From positions 40,982,001 through 41,046,000 of the forward strand of contig OZ024747.1 of the NCBI GenBank assembly GCA_964016885.1: a stretch of DNA of 64,000 bases. Direction: 5' to 3'. Shown piece by piece: positions 57,309 to 64,000 of the stretch (the first letter of the stretch is position 1; every line of letters starts with the position of its first letter). This stretch comes from Eledone cirrhosa (Eukaryota). The notes beneath the pieces are model-generated. The model saw only the letters and a program-made list of their open reading frames with translations, did not search any database and was not told where the DNA came from. Both the position numbers and the translations under genes were made by a program.

Positions 57309-57315
<7 letters not shown>
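54122..57315 (-). mobile_element. RTE-clade LINE with inverted 5' segment (3' part 54122-54999 minus; 5' part 55000-57315 plus)
   Basis: APE and RT N-terminal half (to GVLQGDTLAPYLFIIVVDYC) on plus; remainder (FADD, YLG, RRGRP) on minus; (TA)n on both sides. Confidence 0.92.
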
Positions 57316-57355
<40 letters not shown>

Positions 57356-57358
<3 letters not shown>

Positions 57359-60300
57359 TAGAAGTTGTATTTAATTTGTTGGTAGTCCGACAAACATAAA
57401 TGTTTATGACTGATTTAGAGCACTCATTAGATTACTGGAGTAAATATTCAATGATATTAAATAAATATTAAATAATATATTTCCACTATCCAGTGAATTT
57501 CCAACCGATAAGGTATGATTTTCATGGGTATGTCTCTATTTATAAAACAAACTTGGGATTTTATCTGATGAAAGCGTTGTAAAACAAACTTGGGATTTTA
57601 TCTGATGAAAGTGTTGTCTTGGTTGCCCTTGAAATATATATAATAAAATAAATATGGTTTTATAAATATAGTTTCCGTTTATTTAATGTCACTGAATATT
57701 TACTCCAGTAAACTGTTGAGTGCTCTAAATCAGTTATAAACATTTATGTTTGTCGGACTTCCAACAACTTCTACTTATAAATAGCTCCTTTAATGTTGAG
57801 CACTTTATCTGATTGCTAAATAATGGAATTCTTTAGGATTTCTTCTTCTCTAAAAGATGTACCTTTACCTAAGAATAAGGACTATCTTAAACAACTCATT
57901 GAGAAATCTGACTCCTTTATACGAAGACTTAGATGGCGTGCCTTCCATTTCGATAGAAAATCAGATGAAAAAACAAATAAATCCAGTTACAACTTCGATA
58001 TGATCTTCAAATCCAAGAAAAATCCACCTAACAACAAACTATTAATTGAATTTGAAAATGAAATAATATCAATTATACAAAACATCAAATTCAAGAAAAA
58101 CCAATTTGCAGGCCAGGAATACCTTAAATGCCTTAAGAATAATATAGGCAATCTTGAAAAAACTGAGAAAATCCTCGTAAAATCTGACAAAACTAACAAT
58201 CTATACGGAATGCAAAGGGACGAATACAATAACCTTATATTGAAAGAACTAAGGAAAAACTACAAAATAACAACTAATGAAGATCTTGAAATGGTAAATA
58301 AAGAAGCTTCTGAAATAATTCATAAATTAAGCATCGAAAATAGGACCGAACCCTTTATACCTAGAAGACCAAAATTTAACCTGAAAGACCACAAAAGAAA
58401 CTTTGAAATAGAACTACCAGTTAGACTTATAGCACCCTCTAAATCAGACTTAGGCATAGTTAGTAAACATATATTAGATAGAATCATACCGCAACTTAAA
58501 GAAATATCTTACCTAAAACTATGAAACGGTAACTAACGAAGTTATAGATTGGTTCAATAACATAGAATTTAAACATAACAAAAAATTCATTCAATTGGAT
58601 CTGGCAAACTACTACTCCTCCAGTACTCCTAATTTACTTATAAAGCTCTTATCTATGCATCTAAACATACAGATTTATCTAGCGAAGAAATGCATATCAT
58701 TTTAAACGCACGGAAAACTTTAATTGAATTCAACAATCATCTCTGGACTAGAGCTGATAGAAAAAAATAATGTTGATATCACCATGGGATCATCAGACTC
58801 GGCGCAAATAACGGATCTTGTGGGCTATTTATTAATAATACACTACATAGAAAAATACCAGAGATGATCGGTGGTTTATATCGCGATGATATGCTGCTTT
58901 TAATTGAAAATCATAGTAATTGTGAAATTAATAGAAAAAGAAAATCAATAATACAATTTTTCAATAGCTACAACCTTAAGTTAGAAATAGAGAATAACTA
59001 TAAAATTGTTAACTTTTTAGACGTAACATTAAACCTTAACACAGGGCTCTACTATCCATTCCATAAAATTAATGAGAATCTAAACTATGTAAGTTTTAAC
59101 TAGATCTATCAAGAACACTATTGTAAATTCTATCCAACAACGTATTTCACGCATTTCCGCTAATAAAAACATGTTTGACGATAAGGCAGAATATTATAAT
59201 GAAGCTTTAAATAGAGCAGGCTATATAAATAAGATTAAATACATCGACAACAGTGATAAGGCAAATAACCCTACTATTAATTATAATTACAATAAAAATC
59301 TAACTTAAACTCTAAATCTAACAGAAGAAATAGAACTAGAAATATTATTTGGTACTCACCCCTATTCTCATTAAGCGTTAAAACACCTTTAGCAAAGCTA
59401 GTCTTTAAAGCACTAGATAAATGTTTTCCTAAAGCCCATAGATACCACTCAATCTTTAACAGACATACAATAAAACTATCTTACTCTACTACTATGAACA
59501 TAGCACAAAATATAAATAGAATCAATAATAGAAATTTAAACCATAACCAAAATAGCAGTAATATATCTAGCAATATCCAAACATAATAGTACCGTTCCGA
59601 ATAACATCAACTCCGCAAAATGTAACTAGAATTAACTTAAACTGTCCTTTAAAAATAAATGCTTAGATAAGGACGTGGTCTATAAATGTACAGTCAAAAC
59701 CAGTGATAATATATTTAACTATGTAGGTGTAACTTCTACAGAATTTAAAAGTCGTTGGAATAATCACAAATACTCTTTCCAAAGACTTGATAAAAAAATC
59801 TTCAACTTCTCTTTCAAACCTGATATGAAACTTAAAATCCAAAAATATGAACTATTCTTTAACTTGGGAAATAATTTCGAAAGCACCCGCATACCGAAAC
59901 ACAACTTTATCTAGATTTTGCAAATTGTGTGTTGAGGAAATTCTTTTCATACTTAAATGTAAGAACTCTATTAATGTAAGGACGAATTTATTTAGTTCTT
60001 GTAAACATCGCCTGAATTCAACGTTTAGAACTATATATAAATTATAATTACACTTATAATATTTCTACTTATTTCCATAACAATCTTATCCACTCGGTTT
60101 TAATATATTGATATCTCTAAATCATATCTATAATATTTGCTATAATTTCCCTTCCTAAAGTTTCTTAAAATATATACATATATAATTCTAATTTTAAAAT
60201 TTTAATTTTTAATTTTAATATTTTTTAATTCTTTATTTTTAATTTTTTATTTCTTAAATTTTTTATATATTTTTAAAAATTACTTATTTTTTAAAAATTA

Positions 60301-60640
60301 CTTATCTCTTATAAATTATTTTTTTTTTAATTTTCCAGAAATTTTTATATTTTTTAATAAAATTTTTTAATATCTTTTATTAGATTTATAACCACTAACT
60401 AATTCAGGCTAAATATATCTTTCAACATTTATACTTATTTTGACAAAATAATCTCATACGAACAAATAAATAAACAAAAATGGAGTTTTTTCCGTATCTT
60501 CCCATTATAAAATATATAAATATAAATATTCTTATTAACTCAGTTAACTTAATTTAATTCAAATTAATATTTACTTACATTAAATATAAAACCAATATCC
60601 CTCATAACTCATTAAAACAATTATCTATAACACAATATAC
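57356..60640 (+). mobile_element. Near full-length Naiad-like PLE (family E), pseudogenised, with 5' terminal repeat and inverted arm
   Basis: ORF from 57823 SLKDVPLP..LIEK..FIRRLRWRA, SDKT, LKDHK..RLIAPSKSDLG, GGLYRDD, VVY..YVG..FKSRWNNH..CKLCVEE to 60047; 57356-57465 inverted at 57676-57778; right boundary approximate. Confidence 0.9.
57595..57649 (+). ncRNA. Minimal type I hammerhead upstream of the PLE ORF
   Basis: ATTTTAT-CTGATGA-AAG...CTT-GAAAT-atat-ATA-ATAAAAT; the 5' half is tandemly duplicated just upstream. Confidence 0.7.
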
Positions 60641-60689
60641 CCATCTATCCATTTATTTATCTATTTATATATTTATCTATTTATTGATT

Positions 60690-61106
60690 GATTTATTTTT
60701 CTGATTAACTTTTTCAAATTTCATTTGAAAAGGAAAATCAGGGTGTAGAGGGAAGTGCTCTCTTCCCAGCAATTTGTTGAAAGATGGGTGAGACAGGAAG
60801 GCATGGCCCGAATGAATGGGCCTGCTCTGAGTATACGCTTGTAAATTGGAGGTGGAAAATTGGGAGAGGGCACTTGCCCTGGTGGTCAGGGTCACCGTGG
60901 CTTTTTTAATGGGCTTTCTCCACGAGTGTCCCTCGTCGGGAGTTTCCCCCCTATTGGGGAATTTTCCTCTGTTTCTTTTTTTGTCATTTCCTTTATTATT
61001 ATTTTTTTCTTTACACGCAGAAATACCCATTTGAACCGTCCTGTACCGTCCTGTGCTGTCCTTAATGTTATACTTTATGTCAACCCTTGTGGTTAATAAA
61101 GAAAGC
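60690..61106 (+). mobile_element. 3' end of a Tx1/L1-like LINE, followed by (ATT)(ATC)(AGT) trinucleotide run
   Basis: FFKFHLKRKIRV.REVL...FVERW...LSIRL*, pyrimidine-rich UTR, aataaa terminus. Confidence 0.55.
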
Positions 61107-61118
61107 ATTATTATTATT

Positions 61119-61212
<94 letters not shown>

Positions 61213-62015
61213 CAGATTAAAGTTTAAGCAAAGAATTTTAGCTTTTGCCCTGCTCTACGGGTTATTTATGTGTGTGTGTATGTGTGTGTGTGTGTGTATT
61301 CTTGAATGAGATTTCGTATTACGAAGCGGTGGACCCTCGATATGTAAGAATAGAGAGAATTTATATATTTTAATACATAGTATTATTAATACACTCAAAC
61401 AACAGCCAAAATCATAGCTATTATTGACAGAAGCACGTATTCGCCATTATCAAAATGTGTACGTTCGTTTTATGTCGAATCAAAACTGTTGATTAGCCCT
61501 GACAAGACGCATGTACAAGTTCTCATTAATGGAGAATAATGTTTATGAAACTGGCAGTTATTTTAGTATATTATGTGTATATGTGTGTGGTGTATGTGTG
61601 TGTGTATAAGTGCTTCCATGTGTGTGTGTGTGTGTGTGTATTGGTGAAGTCCCTTATTTAGATTAAGTTACGACAAATCTATTGAACTAATAATAGTTGA
61701 TATCAATCAATTTAATGATTCGCCAATATATCTCTATTATCTATTGTCGTTGGTTAGTTAATAAATGGTTTACAATATCATATTTTTCTATTTATATAAG
61801 ATCACAGAGCAATACTTAGGTAACAAATTATTTTTATATAAATCTAGATAAAAACGTATTAAGTAGTAGAATGGATGACAAGGTACATGAAAAGTTGCTA
61901 GTTGAATGGTGCTTACAAAAAGTCATAAAAGACATTAAATCAGACACTGCATCTCTAAGTAGAGAAGTTAGGTAGTAATGTAATGTATTTAAATAAAATT
62001 GATATACGATTAACG

Positions 62016-62352
<337 letters not shown>

Positions 62353-63125
62353 GCGCGCGTGGATGTGTGGACTACCAAACACAGCAGTAATTCATCGAAG
62401 CGTAGCAGACATGCGACAGCGAAATAATACCTGTGGTCAGTATTTATGATGACATAGGCAAACAGCGGCCAATCACTGGACGCGCGAAGAGGATGAAGTT
62501 TTTGACAGTACCGGCCCACAGGGTCAGATACCCCAGTGGAAGAATATGCTCCGAAACCATTAGACGTATCCGTCGAAGCTGAGGGTCCAGAATCAGACAG
62601 ATCCACACAATGATCGCGTCTCGAACTGTCCGCAGGCGAAACAATTGTAACACACAATAAATTGAATTCAGATGCATCACTGATTTTTCGTTTTATATTA
62701 TATCATACTCTGCTCTGTAAGAGCATAGAGTGCTCAACCGGCATACTGCCTATGAAAGCATCTTAGCTACCATCCGACACACACACACACACATATATAT
62801 ATATAGTTATTTGCCAATAGCATATGCAAATGTGCTCAATACTTGTACCTGCAGTGTTAAATATTGGAAGTGTTAATATCTAGTGGGCGAGAATATAAGC
62901 AGAGCAGATACACGTAAAGAGTGTTCCTACTGCAAAATCAATACATGTGGTTTACGAAGAATGAACTGTGATGTGAATTTATCTTTAAAACTCCTTCTGG
63001 GTCACGTAAGGAACACTCTTTAGTTTTTTATGCCCTTAGGAGCCGTTTCGTACGTAGGTGCTGTTTTAAATAAACATGTTTTAACGGTTTGTTCTCCTTT
63101 ATATACTTCTTCACGTATATATATG

Positions 63126-63207
<82 letters not shown>

Positions 63208-63222
63208 AGTGTGTGTATGTAC

Positions 63223-63253
<31 letters not shown>

Positions 63254-63259
<6 letters not shown>

Positions 63260-63472
63260 CAAAGTTCTTTCGTCACACATTATGTGACCTCTTCACACAA
63301 AAACAACATGGCGTAGGACAGAACAAAGGAGAGGCACAAAACAAAGAAAAGAATCCCCAGTCACTGAAGAGGTCACAGAATGTGTGACGAAAGAAGTTTG
63401 ACAATATATGAACAACTGTCCGGTTGTGGAACCAACCAACCAACCAACCAATTCTTAAATTTATAAATTTAA
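63254..63472 (+). mobile_element. PLE family B fold-back terminus with hammerhead motifs (63360-63402 plus; partial 63256-63295 minus)
   Basis: Homologous to 521-660; interrupted at 63473. Confidence 0.75.
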
Positions 63473-64000
63473 TCTATATATATAAAACTGTGGTTGTCTG
63501 TCTGTCTATCGATTTTTGGCACACATCTCCTCTTAGAATCTCTCACGGAATTGCACCGAAATTGCTATACTTGTACATTGAGCCCTAGCGAAGACATCGG
63601 AAAAAAATATTTCAAATTGACCCACCCTATGTGACGAAATCGAATATAATGTATCGATTTTTGAGCGTAAGTTATCAGTTATTTCCCTTTGTTCTGTTTA
63701 CATTGAGCGTCTTACGTAAAAAATTACGCTGGCTTTCTCAGCGTTTAAAATGACATTAACACAATACACGAACAGTTGTCGAGCCAGCAAAATATTGACC
63801 TGCAAAATTCATCAGTTCGAACACTAAGCTTCCGTTTTGCTTCATTTCTATTTAAAAGCATTTTAAAACAATATTTTTACTTGAAAACAAGTCTATTTAA
63901 AGACTACGTAAAACAAGCAAATATTTCGTCGTTAGGCGTGCAGACAGACAGTCATGCAGACAGACAGTCGTGCAGAGAGGTGATATACGCGTGCAGACAG
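63473..64000 (+). mobile_element. 5' end of a Helitron running out of the window
   Basis: A|TCTATATATATAAAA...tgtctgtctgtct start inserted after A in an AT-rich site; no 3' end visible. Confidence 0.6.

Noticed and set aside
58522-59828. In-frame TGA codons in the Naiad-like PLE as selenocysteine
   Set aside because: They align to Trp in the relatives (YLKQW at about 42430; GHIW at about 26883) and sit beside frameshifts, so they are TGG-to-TGA nonsense changes.

Overview
Eukaryotic, AT-rich, repeat-saturated window, most likely from a coleoid cephalopod (Octopus-like SINEs and LINEs; inference). Nearly all ORFs in the track are microsatellite artefacts or transposon fragments. The host gene is on the minus strand and has no clean ORF of its own in the track: two in-phase exons (51097-50997 and 35613-35499) encode TM1, ICL1 and TM2 of a class B1 (secretin-family, CRF/DH44-receptor-like) GPCR, so the window is essentially giant introns. 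These hold a decayed Helitron plus the 5' end of a second, an R4/Dong-type LINE, RTE LINEs (one with a twin-priming-type 5' inversion), a Tx1/L1-like element, Penelope-like elements (PLEs; three Naiad-like and two of another lineage), tRNA-derived SINEs and five near-identical copies of a ~605 bp non-coding element. The most striking pattern is about ten unrelated families of short, mostly fold-back PLE-type termini sitting in (TA)n tracts, each with its own hammerhead ribozyme motif. Non-canonical cores recur: compensated U3-A8 in two families, U4C in three copies of one family, and an extra nucleotide before stem II with covarying stems. All ribozyme calls are by-eye folds and are untested.
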